From positions 36,599,003 to 36,663,002 of the forward strand of contig NC_068998.1 of the NCBI RefSeq assembly GCF_001194135.2: a DNA stretch of 64,000 nucleotides, written 5' to 3'. Within the stretch, counting starts at the first letter, position 1; each line of letters starts with the position of its first letter. A program made the position numbers and the translations under genes. Positions 52,241-64,000 of the stretch are shown piece by piece. Under the pieces are notes generated by a model. It searched no databases. It saw only the letters and a list, made by a program, of their open reading frames with translations, and had not been told where the DNA came from. This stretch comes from Octopus bimaculoides (Eukaryota).

Positions 52241-52761
52241 CTGTGAGCCGTTGGCAGAGAGAGTTTAACCTTGTGTAACAGTAATAGTAGTGCATTGTGT
52301 GAATACTTTCTTTCACCCTGCTTCGTTAAACTATTTATCCAACATCATGATATAAAATGATGTCAAAACCTCTTTTAGCAGCATAAGAACGGGCTTAATG
52401 TTCTTATACAAAAAAGAGAAAATGTCTACTGACGTAGCAATCAGTTACTTCATGTTAATATAACATTATGTGTTATCTGTAACATCATATTCAACATAAA
52501 AGAAACGAAAACATCTATGTGGAACTAATGAAAAATCTGCACGAGTGACACTCGGATTTATATAGTGATTAATTAGAATGCTTGCTTATGTAATTAACGA
52601 TATCAAAACTCGAGAAACTCGAGAAACTGAACATCACAATAACCACAAAGGACATTTCTAATTGAATCATTTCAATTACAAGTCATTAATGGAACTCAGA
52701 ACTGAGAAAATGCATAAAACATCCTAGACATTTAATCTGTAGAATGATTTACACGTTTTCA

Positions 52762-52968
52762 CATTTTGGCACAGGGCCAGCAATTTTAGGAAAGGTGGTA
52801 AATAGATTACATAGACCCCACTGTACAACAAATACTTATCTTACGGGCCCCGAAATGATGCAAAGCAAAGTCGACCTCGGCAGAATTTGAACTCAGAATG
52901 TAAAGATAGACGAAGTGCCGCTAAGAGTTTCATCCAGCGCGGCAATGATTTTACCAGCTCGGCGCCTT
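52762..52968 (-). mobile_element. tRNA-derived SINE
   Basis: 'caaagtcgacctcggcagaatttgaactcagaa...gctaagagttt...ccagctcggcgcctt'. Confidence 0.85.
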
Positions 52969-53174
52969 CGAATGATTTACATATTGCATATACGAACATG
53001 AGTACATGTACACTCATTTAAATCAAGCTAATTAAGTTCACGCATATTTTTGCTTACAGATAAATTCGTGAGCAGGAACATACACATTTACGTACATCAC
53101 ACCCAAAGCCATGCCTTCTAAATCCCAATGAAAGAGACTTCTTCCTGTGTTTTTCTTTTTCAATCTACTTGGGC

Positions 53175-53214
<40 letters not shown>

Positions 53215-53736
53215 NNNNNNNNNNNNNNNNNNNNNNNNNNNNNNNNNNNNNNNNNNNNNNNNNNNNNNNNNNNNNNNNNNNNNNNNNNNNNNNNNNNNNN
53301 NNNNNNNNNNNNNNNNNNNNNNNNNNNNNNNNNNNNNNNNNNNNNNNNNNNNNNNNNNNNNNNNNNNNNNNNNNNNNNNNNNNNNNNNNNNNNNNNNNNN
53401 NNNNNNNNNNNNNNNNNNNNNNNNNNNNNNNNNNNNNNNNNNNNNNNNNNNNNNNNNNNNNNNNNNNNNNNNNNNNNNNNNNNNNNNNNNNNNNNNNNNN
53501 NNNNNNNNNNNNNNNNNNNNNNNNNNNNNNNNNNNNNNNNNNNNNNNNNNNNNNNNNNNNNNNNNNNNNNNNNNNNNNNNNNNNNNNNNNNNNNNNNNNN
53601 NNNNNNNNNNNNNNNNNNNNNNNNNNNNNNNNNNNNNNNNNNNNNNNNNNNNNNNNNNNNNNNNNNNNNNNNNNNNNNNNNNNNNNNNNNNNNNNNNNNN
53701 NNNNNNNNNNNNNNNNNNNNNNNNNNNNNNNNNNNN

Positions 53737-53790
<54 letters not shown>

Positions 53791-53975
53791 GTACATACAT
53801 ATACGTATGTTGTTTACACACATTCACTTATTTACTTGTTTTCTGATATAGTTAATTAAAATTGTGTACATTTGCACACAATTTTAATTAGATATATCTG
53901 AAAATTTTGAACGCTATCGGAATACTGTCTCGCGCATACACATATCTATACATTCGTCCGTCCTTCAATCCAGCC

Positions 53976-54037
<62 letters not shown>

Positions 54038-54089
54038 TTATCTTTTTAGCTAGCTAGCTATACCCACATATACATATAAATATATATAT

Positions 54090-54303
54090 AATCAAAATAA
54101 GCAACAAAGATATCCAGAGGTAATGCAGTACGATCGTTTCATGCGAATTCATTTAATTGAACAACAGATCTGTTCTAATCTAATTAACTGAGGATTGCTC
54201 TGCATTTTAAATTGATGTAATGATTATATTTTTCAATTAAATGGAGTTGCATGAAACGATCATACAGCATTACCTCTAGATATCCTTGTTGCTTAATTTG
54301 ATT
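54090..54303. mobile_element. MITE-like element with TIRs of about 73 bp
   Basis: aatcaaaataagcaacaaagatatccagaggtaatgcagtacgatcgtttcatgc... is mirrored by ...gcatgaaacgatcatacagcattacctctagatatccttgttgcttaatttgatt, in a TA-rich context. Confidence 0.85.
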
Positions 54304-54390
54304 TTAATCACCTTACTTTGAAATTGTATGGATAATACTGTACTAAATTCTGGTGCCTCAACTTAAGTACCTTATTCACCTGAATCTAAA

Positions 54391-54433
<43 letters not shown>

Positions 54434-54766
54434 CATACATATGTATATATATGCATACATACATACATACATACATATGTATATATATATGCATACACAT
54501 ACAGACATATGTATATATATGCATACATATATGTTGTCGATATTTCAAGATTTAATTCGATACAGCCAAAGTGCATGCACACTCACACACACAAACACGC
54601 ACTCACACTACATGTACATATATATCCGTATTGAAATACGAGGTAAAAATTTGAACTAACTTGCTTTTATAAAAAGAATTTTAAATATTTTCATTAATAT
54701 ATATACGTGTACATGTATACGTGTGTGTGATTGCGTTTATATATGTACATGCATACATTCTCTCTT

Positions 54767-54862
<96 letters not shown>

Positions 54863-55329
54863 GCATGTTTACAAACACATACATATTCAAATACTAACGT
54901 AATTATAATTTCCTTGTTCATCACCAACAGAAATGAAAAGTAAAACCTCATGCCTAAACAAAGAATTTAATGTTTTAATGTTGTCGGGCAGCATCATTGC
55001 ATGAACCTTTTCATAAATTACAAAGTGACAAGTGTGCAATTGCTTTCTCTCGAAGCGAAATTCATGAAGACTGTATTCGAAGAAATATTTTGAACAATAT
55101 TTGGAAACACTAAATTCTAAGAAAAGATTTCTTCACTGAGCGATACATTCAAGAATCAGCGAAATTACACGCGATGAGATTTAATGATATTGAATAACCC
55201 AACGAAAAACATGAAAATATTAGCCATATAATCTAGTTCTCTTTCTATCTTTAACAATTGTACGGTGTAGCATGAAACCCTTAAATACAAGGCAATAAAT
55301 TAAAATTGAAATAGGTATTAGTATCATAT

Positions 55330-55895
55330 TAACTAACGGGACCCGCGAACATTTCCTGGAATTAATGGTAAACTTATTTGGTTATTTCTGAAAACTTTAT
55401 CCAAAAAACCGGAAAGTGTAGCGTATGCCGTGTCTGGATAGAAAGATAGTCGCTCATCTGCCACTCATTGAAAAGTGAAAGACATTGGAATACGATGATT
55501 ACTTAATGCACTTTATATATACGCTTTATATACTTTATGCACAATTTTATAGACTTAATATACAGCACTCTCCCTCTTTCTCTCTCACTCTCCACCTTAC
55601 CCTCTTTTTCTCTCACCTTTTTCTTTCGCTCTTCGCCTTTCCCTTCAACTAATCACATGAAAGCGTTACAGATTGGCTAAGTAACGGAGGAAAACAATGT
55701 AGTTCAGTAAAACAAAAAAAAATATACATTTCATTCCCCCACCCTCTCCCCTCTCCCTCAACCTCCCCACCCTCTCCCTCAACCTCCTCACCCTCTCTCT
55801 CACCTCCCCTTCCTCCTCCATCCCTTTTGACTAATCACATAAAAGCGTTACGAACGGGCTAAGTTACGGAGAAACAAGCAGAATTATTATAAGAT
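55330..55895 (+). mobile_element. Possible non-autonomous Helitron/Helentron-type element with internal pyrimidine repeats
   Basis: Starts 'actaacgggacccgcgaacatttcc', has an internal duplicated ~55-bp block (55645 and 55828) and a 21-bp C-rich tandem, and ends 'ttattataagat'. Confidence 0.35.
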
Positions 55896-55910
55896 ATGTG
55901 CTTTTCTTCA

Positions 55911-56120
55911 AAGGCGACGAACTGGCAGAGACGTTAGCGGCCGTGTAAAACGCTTAGCGGTATTTCGTCCGTCTTTGTCTTCTGATTTCAAATTTCGCCG
56001 GACACGACTTTACCTTTCAGGCTCGATACAATAATTACCACTTGAGCACTGGGATCGATGTAATCGACTTATCTATTCTTACTCCAAAATTGCTGGCCCT
56101 GTGACAAAATTTAAAACCAA
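55911..56120 (+). mobile_element. tRNA-derived SINE
   Basis: aaggcgacgaactggcagagacgttagc...gcttagcggtatttcgtcc...ttcaaatttcgcc. Confidence 0.85.
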
Positions 56121-56164
56121 TATTTGTCTTTCCATAATTATTTTACGTGTTGTTTTCGCATATA

Positions 56165-56480
56165 TTGAGAGCGTGTTACATAGTAGTTAGTGTTGCACTC
56201 ACAATTGCATGATGGTAGGTTCGATTACTGAACCTGGCGGTACGTTGTTTTCTTGTGCAAGAGATTACATCTAACGTTGCTCTGCGATCACTTCGATATC
56301 TCACGTGTATCACAACGTACACCTGTAGAAGCAATGTCGATTTCAAGGAAGGTGTGGGCTAATATACAATACAAGTGTTTGATCGCTATAAACAAATTAC
56401 CTGTGCAGGTTGTTCAACAAAAGATTGTAGAACCGCCATTCCTGGACACGAGATTGCAGTATATAAGGAAATTTTCTACA
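56165..56480 (+). mobile_element. SINE (third family)
   Basis: Head 'ggtaggttcgattactgaacc.ggcggt.cgttg..ttcttg.gcaag' followed by 'cgttgctctgcgatcacttcga'. Confidence 0.8.
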
Positions 56481-57040
56481 GAGCAGATGTGCAATGACGA
56501 GATCCAAGGGATTAAAAAACAAAATATTGACCAATTGGTAAAATTTTATCCTTAAATGTCGAAAATCAATAGATTAAAAAATAAATTTCAGTGACCGAAA
56601 CAATCGAAAGTCTATAAAATATTCTATAGTAACACCAAGTAAACAAACTGCCAGCAATTTCAGCGAAAGTATTGGAAAACCTATAAGTGTTCTGTGTACA
56701 AGAGAAGCATTCTTTCGCATTGAAAAAAGCAAATTATATGCGTAAAATGAAAAAGAAAAAAAGGCATTGGAGAAGCGATGCGCTGATAAATCTTTTTGCA
56801 AATTATAGAGTGGCTTACAAAGCGCTGCTTACATATGCTTTCTAATTGAACTGAATTAAGTTTTTCAAGTGTTTGCTTATCAGGAAACTTGTAAGTTCGA
56901 TTAATTTTTTTTTTTTAAGTATCACCATTGTAGGTAATTGTACTCCGGTGAAATTAAGAAATCAACTCCTAAATAAACGAAACACTCGAATCCATCACTG
57001 TAGACACATGCACACACACACACACATACACACACACACA

Positions 57041-57093
<53 letters not shown>

Positions 57094-57109
57094 CAGCAGC
57101 AGCATATCT

Positions 57110-57290
57110 ATGTATGTATTCATGTATGTCTGAAGATAATCAGACCAAATTTTCATCACCCTGTGGGTATTTCTGCCAAATTTGGTGAAAATCCGTTCAG
57201 CCGCTTTCCAGTAATTTTGCAAACACACAGACAAACATCAAAGACGAGTTGTTATAATACTCTGCTTTCGCTGACGCGTGCAAATTAATG
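57110..57290 (+). mobile_element. Possible Helentron/DINE-like 3' segment
   Basis: 'gccaaatttggtgaaaatccgttcagccgctttcc...acagacaaac...ttataata' resembles DINE/HINE 3' ends. Confidence 0.4.
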
Positions 57291-57884
57291 GTAGATTCTT
57301 CATCCGGACTCCAGTTTGCGGCATTCTATATGGTTAAAATAGAAAACAGAAAATACAGTGTTACCAATGTATTGCCATGTATATAGAAAGTATATTCGTA
57401 ATAAATACGGCAAATGATGGCGATTGTTTAAATGAAGACCTAGAGAACAACTCTGTACTGAAATTCAGTATCTTGAACAGTCTAGATAAAACTAGATAAA
57501 ACTAGATAAAACTCATAGTACAAATAATCCATTTCTAGACATAAACAATCAGGTAAGAAAAGAGAAAATAACAGATATATCACGTCCGTTTGAAATGAAA
57601 AATTTAACAAAATGTCTGTACTAACACGGAAACAGTCAATTCCCACACAAATGCAAAATGTCGGTGGTGAACGAAAAGATCTACTTTAAAAGAAAGAAAA
57701 GAATTAAAAAAATAAACTTTTAAATTCCCTCCAGAAGCGAAGCATTACGTGAGGATGGTGTACATTATAAAACAAGCACTAATATTATAAAACAAGCACT
57801 AATAAAATAGGTTAGTAGAACAAGACAGAGAACAATACAGTTGAAAATGCGTTATAATAAATTCATTAGACACTACCTTTTGAC

Positions 57885-58263
57885 TCTTATCTTTTACTTC
57901 TTTCAGTCATTACACTGCGGTCACGCTGGGGCGCCACCTTGAAGAATTTTTAATCGTATGAATCACCCCACCATTTTTTTTTCTTATAAAAGCCTGATAC
58001 TTATTCTATCGTTCTCTTTTGAGGAACCGCTAGATTACGGGGNNNNNNNNNNNNNNNNNNNNNNNNNNNNNNNNNNNNNNNNNNNNNNNNNNNNNNNNNN
58101 NNNNNNNNNNNNNNNNNNNNNNNNNNNNNNNNNNNNNNNNNNNNNNNNNNNNNNNNNNNNNNNNNNNNNNNNNNNNNNNNNNNNNNNNNNNNNNNNNNNN
58201 NNNNNNNNNNNNNNNNNNNNNNNNNNNNNNNNNNNNNNNNNNNNNNNNNNNNNNNNNNNNNNN

Positions 58264-58320
<57 letters not shown>

Positions 58321-58430
58321 CACGATTGTTTTTTTTTTCAGTTTTTGTCTACCAAATCCACTCACAAGACTTTGGCTGGCCCGTGTTTATAGTAGAATAC
58401 ACTTGCCCAAGGTTCCTCCAACCTCTTGAG
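57885..58430 (-). mobile_element. SINE with internal microsatellite and gap
   Basis: Family signature on both sides of the gap. Confidence 0.85.
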
Positions 58431-58615
58431 CTCACTTTCCACGATTCTCTTTTTCAGTTGGTTCCTGTGTTTCTTTTGTATGCTTTTTCTAATTTTTACC
58501 CAGTATATCAATTTACTTCTGCATTTGGTAACTACGCCATCTTTCCAACTCTGCTTTCCATTCTTGTATGCCCTCATATACACCTTTTCACCAACTTCAA
58601 AGAACCTTGCTATGT
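58430..58615 (-). mobile_element. Ty3/Gypsy integrase C-terminal (SH3-like) fragment
   Basis: 'RFFEVGEKVYMRAYKNGKQSWKDGVVTKCRSKLIYWVKIRKSIQKKHRNQLKKR' fits the Gypsy 'F.VGD.V..R......W..G.I......Y.V......RH.NQL+' pattern. Confidence 0.75.
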
Positions 58616-59030
58616 CTCAGTCATTACACTGCGGTCATGGTGGGCTGCCGCCTTGAAGAATTTTTAGTCGTATGAATTGCCCCACTGCTTATTGTTTAAA
58701 AGCCTGTTACGTATTCTATTGTTCGCTTTTGAGGAACCGCTAAGTTACGGGGACGTAAACACGCCAACAGCAGTTGTCAAGTGGAGGTGGGGAACAAACT
58801 CGGACACAAAGACACACACACACACACACATCACACCATATATATATATATATATATATATACACACGATTGGCTCCTTTTCAGCTTTTGTCTACCAAGT
58901 CTACTCACGAGACTTTGGCCGACCCATAGTTATAGTAGAAGACACTTGCCCAAGGTGGCATGCAGTGGGACTGAACCCGGGGCCATGTGACTAGGAAGCA
59001 AGCTTCTTAGCACACGGCCAGGCCTGCGCT
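58615..59030 (-). mobile_element. Full-length SINE with internal microsatellite
   Basis: Both halves are present and it is closely similar to the 57.9 kb copy. Confidence 0.9.
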
Positions 59031-60034
59031 AACATCTATTAAAATTAAACAAACTACACATATAAAAAGTGTTACATATACCAAACACATATTGTACTTG
59101 ATGGCATACAAGATGCTCTTTTTTCAGAAAAATGTCTCAAAGCATCACCCAGGTTCCAATATGCGAACTTGTAACTATATTATTTGTTTTGATGCATTAA
59201 ATTAATTCCTGAATATGCGCTGCTGAAACTGGGTTACGTTTAATACGCCTGACATCTTTTGGGTCATCGTATACAGTATTAACTAGAGTATCAAGCACCT
59301 CAAAAATACAACAGGAAATGCATTGCACCAAACCATAAAAAATTGCTAATTATATTCTACATAACACTAATATTAAACTCTTCTTATCCATTACATAGAT
59401 ATTATAAGCTTGTAATCGTGTAAACAAGCTATTAATTAAATTTATCAATTAATTGTTAGCTTTTACTTGTGACTGTTGTATGCTGTGTATATATGTTCTA
59501 CCATAGCACGGTGCTGCGAGTATTGCTTTCATCCTTAGCCCTTAAATGGCGTGAAAGGGTTACATGAATGTGTACGCCAAACGAGTGAAAGCAAAAATTA
59601 TCTTTTTCTTAAGGGTAATTTTTATACTTATTTCACTTTAAATAAATTGTAAAACTATAATAATTGTTAGTCTCAAGTACAATAAAATTTACAATCTTGC
59701 TATCGGAAAGCGTCGTAAAATATTCACGTTTCTTTGATGATGGCCGTATCCATGTAAATTTATTTTAGAAACATGACTTAGTGGTGTCCGCTGTTCTGTA
59801 ATGAAACATCGATTGATGATGTTCTCTGTTTAGGGATTAATCCTCTATCAGTGAATGCATGTGTGTGTGCGTGTATAATTCTGTATAGTAGAACATAAGT
59901 ATGTTATCCACTGTTTTCCTTAGTAGTTCCTAACTATGGAATAGACAAACAGATTATCAAAAACCCCGTGAAACAGACAGAAGATGCATTACATGACGTG
60001 ATACACTAACAGTTATAGCAATTGTTTTAGATTT

Positions 60035-60245
60035 TGGCGAAGGTCAACGATTTTGAGGAGAGAAACTAGTCGAATGCGTAGACCCTAGTATTTAAATGGG
60101 TACTTCATTTTATCGACCCTGTAAGGATGAAAGGTAATGCTGACCTCGGTGAGATTTAAGCTCAGAATGTAAAGATCAGGAATAAAATGCCACTAAGCAT
60201 TTTATGTCCGGTGTAGTAACGATTCTGCCAACTCGCGGCCTTACT
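60035..60245 (-). mobile_element. tRNA-derived SINE
   Basis: 'tttatcgaccct.taaggatgaaagg...gacctcggtgagattt..gctcagaatgtaaag...ctaagcattt...gattctgccaactcgcggcctt'. Confidence 0.85.
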
Positions 60246-61277
60246 ACTAATAATAATCGCACAATGACAACTGAAATTAAAAATGTTATCAACGACAAGC
60301 CAATAGCATTTGAACCCGATAACATGACACTAATGATCGATGTCGTTTTTAATATCGATTTCGAACGTGAAAATTGTGGAATATATGACCTTTTGTGTTA
60401 TATTGGTTATAGTAGCACGGCACTTGACATTCTTCTGTCATTCTGTATCCATTTACAACAAAGAACATTTCTTGTAGACAATAGATCTATTCAAAATTAC
60501 CAACAGAAATAGAACAATTTAGGATGAAAGCAGTACTTATGTCACAGCACACGACTAAAATTAACATACAGACAGCATACATTGTGCACAAACAAAAACA
60601 AACCTCTGACTGGTGATATGTATCCAATGATGAACATTAAAATTCCGGTGGCAATGTCTACGACAAGTCATGAAGGCCCTGTCTACTCTAAAGAGGCGGC
60701 AACACGCTTAATCATATCATTCTTATGATGTGATTAAGAATATCTAGAACCTGTCAGTACCTGTTCAAAAGGCATGGAAAATATGAAACAAGAAAAAAGT
60801 TCGATATAAAACACTTGTCGGAACGGACATACCGACGAACATCCAGGCATTCATGGAAGATATAATAAAAAAGACTCTAGTAAAATACATTCTGAACAGC
60901 AAAAATAAATTTCTAGCAATACAATGACTTCAGATTTATACATGAACGTTGAAACAGGAAACATGATACATTAAGCCGTTTACAATAAAATCCCAAATAA
61001 TTGTACAATGGACATAGAGCTAGAAGCGAATGTCTACACAGACACACAGAACAAGTGGTAGAGTGCTATTCAGAAGAACATTCATATTCTCTTTCCCAAA
61101 TGAAAGCTGTAGAAGAAGAATCCACAAAAAATAACGAACGCATACCAACAAAGATATACTTAATGCAGAGGAATTGAAGTCACGAAAGTCCGAGTAACAC
61201 ATACATAAATGCGTACATGCCTACACACATTGATAAAAAAAACATACACACATATATATGCAGATATTAGATCGTGA

Positions 61278-61460
61278 AGTATGAAATTTGTGGACAAGAA
61301 AATAAAGTTTGCTAATTTTTTATAAATACAAGGAATAGTTTTATTCATCAAAGTATGCACCCATATTGTCAATACACTTTTGCCATTTCAGCGGTAGCTT
61401 GTCCAACCCTGAACTGTAAAAGCCTGGCAATTTAGAGACAATAAAATTTCTGATCAGCCC
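61278..61460 (-). mobile_element. Mariner 3' end fragment
   Basis: Minus strand 'FYSSGLDKLPLKWQKCIDNMGAYFDE*' is a mariner transposase C-terminus. Confidence 0.85.
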
Positions 61461-61900
61461 CCCCCCCACCCCCAAGAAAAAAATATATTACTGCTCTAAG
61501 AGTGTGCTTCTTTTTCGGACATATNNNNNNNNNNNNNNNNNNNNNNNNNNNNNNNNNNNNNNNNNNNNNNNNNNNNNNNNNNNNNNNNNNNNNNNNNNNN
61601 NNNNNNNNNNNNNNNNNNNNNNNNNNNNNNNNNNNNNNNNNNNNNNNNNNNNNNNNNNNNNNNNNNNNNNNNNNNNNNNNNNNNNNNNNNNNNNNNNNNN
61701 NNNNNNNNNNNNNNNNNNNNNNNNNNNNNNNNNNNNNNNNNNNNNNNNNNNNNNNNNNNNNNNNNNNNNNNNNNNNNNNNNNNNNNNNNNNNNNNNNNNN
61801 NNNNNNNNNNNNNNNNNNNNNNNNNNNNNNNNNNNNNNNNNNNNNNNNNNNNNNNNNNNNNNNNNNNNNNNNNNNNNNNNNNTATATATATATATATATA

Positions 61901-63280
61901 TGTTTGTATTTAGTAATTAAGGATAATAATGAAATATGTACTAACATTTATAATAAAACAGAAGATTTTGTTTTCCAAGTGGCTTCAATGCCATGGTTCA
62001 GTAGTGGAATTTCTTCTTTTATTGTTTATGGTGTTTTTGCAGGGCGAATTGTCAGGTATGGTACTATTATTAATAATGCTAATAAATTTTTGGACAGAAT
62101 AAATAAACTGTTAAGACATTTAGTAAAACAAGGCAATAAATATGGTAAATTGGTTAAAACTTCTATTTGATTTTTAGGTGGAAGACTTGACATTTTAAAT
62201 AAATATGCGGTATTATCTAATCTTTAACTTAGCAAATATTTGTAAAGATTTGGAATGTTTACGATCCAAGTTATTTGCTTACTACGTCACCAATATTGTT
62301 TGAGACAATTGAGGTAGTAGTAATTACGCACCACATCATCAATAGTTAAGATAGTATTTTAAGTTCAAGTGGTGATAGAACCGCGTGGTCTGAAAAAAAC
62401 ATGTATGTGTTAATACTTTGTAGTTTTATTATCTTTTAAAAAGTTTTAATTTAGCTCTAATTGTATCAAAGTTTTATAATAATAGATAATTACAAGTATA
62501 CTTTTATTAGAAATTTTAATGTTTCTATTAATTACTGATTATTTTTACATTAAAGCTTGTAAGGATAATATACATAAATGAGTATATAGTGTTTTTATTA
62601 CTAACTTTTGAATTATGAAATAATGTATTTCACTCATAATTATTATAATATTCGTTAAATTAAATTGAATCGTGTTTTGTTTTGGAGAAAACTGAATATA
62701 AAGTTTTCACATTTTTATTTTAGTAGTAACTATGGAAGATTGGTGGGATTATTATTTGTATGGACTTAAAGATTGGTCGCTATTTAGTATATAATTTAGT
62801 TAATGTAGGTTTACTATTAATACCGATACAGATATACATAGATTTATGTGTTTCTTTATTGTAGTTTAATTTAAAGTTAGTGTTTAATCCTGTCAATATT
62901 TGGATTGAATGAATGTGGTTATTAAGCCTCCACTTTTATATTATACTATGGAAGACTATAGGGAATATTTTTGTATGACATACAGGTTAGCTCGCTGTTT
63001 TGTTACATACTTAGGAGTTAGTTATATATTTACTTATTGAATTTATTTACCGATACTATTGGACACAGGGTAAACGTGTTTGGAAGTTATGGGGGATTTT
63101 TTGATATGATTGTTCCCAAACAACACTTATTTTAGTGATGTTGACTCCACCGGACTGAATGGTACTACTCAGGTGTCGAAACCATAAAGATATCCGCGGT
63201 ACAGCTGATGATGGAGGTATGCTAGATTGTTTTTTATATGAGCAATAGTATTATAACTCATTCTTTTGATGATATTTTGA
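61901..63280 (+). mobile_element. Naiad/Chlamys-like Penelope-like element: RT thumb C-terminus plus 3' UTR of about 1 kb
   Basis: 'TNIYNKTEDFVFQVASMPWFSSGISSFIVYGVFAGRIVRYGTI...FLDRINKLLRHLVKQG..YGKLVKT..*FLGGRLDILNKY' matches the recalled 'YDKRDDFNF.IVNFP...SNIP...AYGVY.SQL.RY' thumb. The ORF ends at 62227 with no downstream GIY-YIG. Confidence 0.75.
63145..63215 (+). ncRNA. Decayed hammerhead-like motif in the PLE 3' region
   Basis: CTGAat-ggtac(tactcag)gtgtc-GAAA-cc...gg-TA, immediately followed by a second CTGATGA; the first core is imperfect. Confidence 0.4.
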
Positions 63281-63567
63281 TATATATATATATATGGAGA
63301 GACGGTTAGCACTCCCCTTGACAAGGACGGAAGAGGTCAATCGATCTTTCTAACACATATGGGCATTGCTCTCTACTTCAGAGCAACCTATTTTTATTTC
63401 TCAAAATACAATGTTTATATACCAAAAAGATTTTCTAACATTTTTCTAACATTTTCTAACATTTTTCTGACATAATTTAAATATATACTTTAACCATGTA
63501 ACAAAAGCCTTCTGTAGATTTTTCACCCTTATTATCTTTTATATATATATATATATANNNNNNNNNN

Positions 63568-63601
<34 letters not shown>

Positions 63602-63604
63602 TAC

Positions 63605-63650
<46 letters not shown>

Positions 63651-63914
63651 ACATATATATATATGTATATATATAGAGAGAGAGACATAATACTTACATA
63701 CATACATACATGCATACATATTCATCTATCTCTGTCTCTTTCCCGCTCTTCCTCAGTATATATACACGCATGGTATTAAGTATGTATGCATGTATCTACA
63801 GGTACACACACTCACACGTAGCTAATGATAAAATCTTGAGTATTTATGAAACGTTTTATTAACCCTTAAATGCAGTATTGATATTTTAAAAAAATGCTTT
63901 TTCTCACTTCCCTT

Positions 63915-63925
63915 GTTTGTCTCTT

Positions 63926-64000
<75 letters not shown>
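63915..64000. repeat. (CT)n microsatellite
   Basis: Direct inspection. Confidence 0.95.

Noticed and set aside
62890-62990. Possible SECIS elements (ATGA...AA...) in the Naiad-like 3' UTR
   Set aside because: There is no 3' GA partner for the quartet and helix II is too short.

Overview
AT-rich, repeat-saturated eukaryotic scaffold with about 11 N gaps, most of them opening inside microsatellites. The SINE families, the (TA)/(TACA)/(GATA)/(CCAT) density and the TE mix strongly resemble an Octopus (coleoid cephalopod) genome; this is inferred from recalled repeat motifs, not from a search. I cannot support any host protein-coding gene, rRNA, true tRNA gene or CRISPR array. All long ORFs in the track are microsatellite read-throughs, gap artefacts or TE relics. 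The window is a TE graveyard. It holds at least three distinct Penelope-like elements: an RT on the minus strand at 1-3000, a C-terminal GIY-YIG type at 15.4-18.6 kb, and a Naiad/Chlamys-like RT end at 61.9-63.3 kb. Several carry hammerhead-ribozyme-like motifs. It also holds three R4/Dong-like LINE relics, an RTE 3' end, an ORF1-only CCHC LINE derivative, several mariner copies including a fold-back with two 5' ends, a DD41D (rosa-type) Tc1/mariner, a Helitron Rep fragment, a Gypsy integrase tail, a MITE and more than 20 tRNA-derived SINE copies. The best second-look candidates are the ORF1-only retroelement, the PLE hammerhead motifs, the Naiad-like element and an unexplained 340-bp unit with terminal direct repeats. 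Nothing here demonstrates a new biological system. TE coordinates are approximate (about +/-20-50 bp) unless tied to TIRs.
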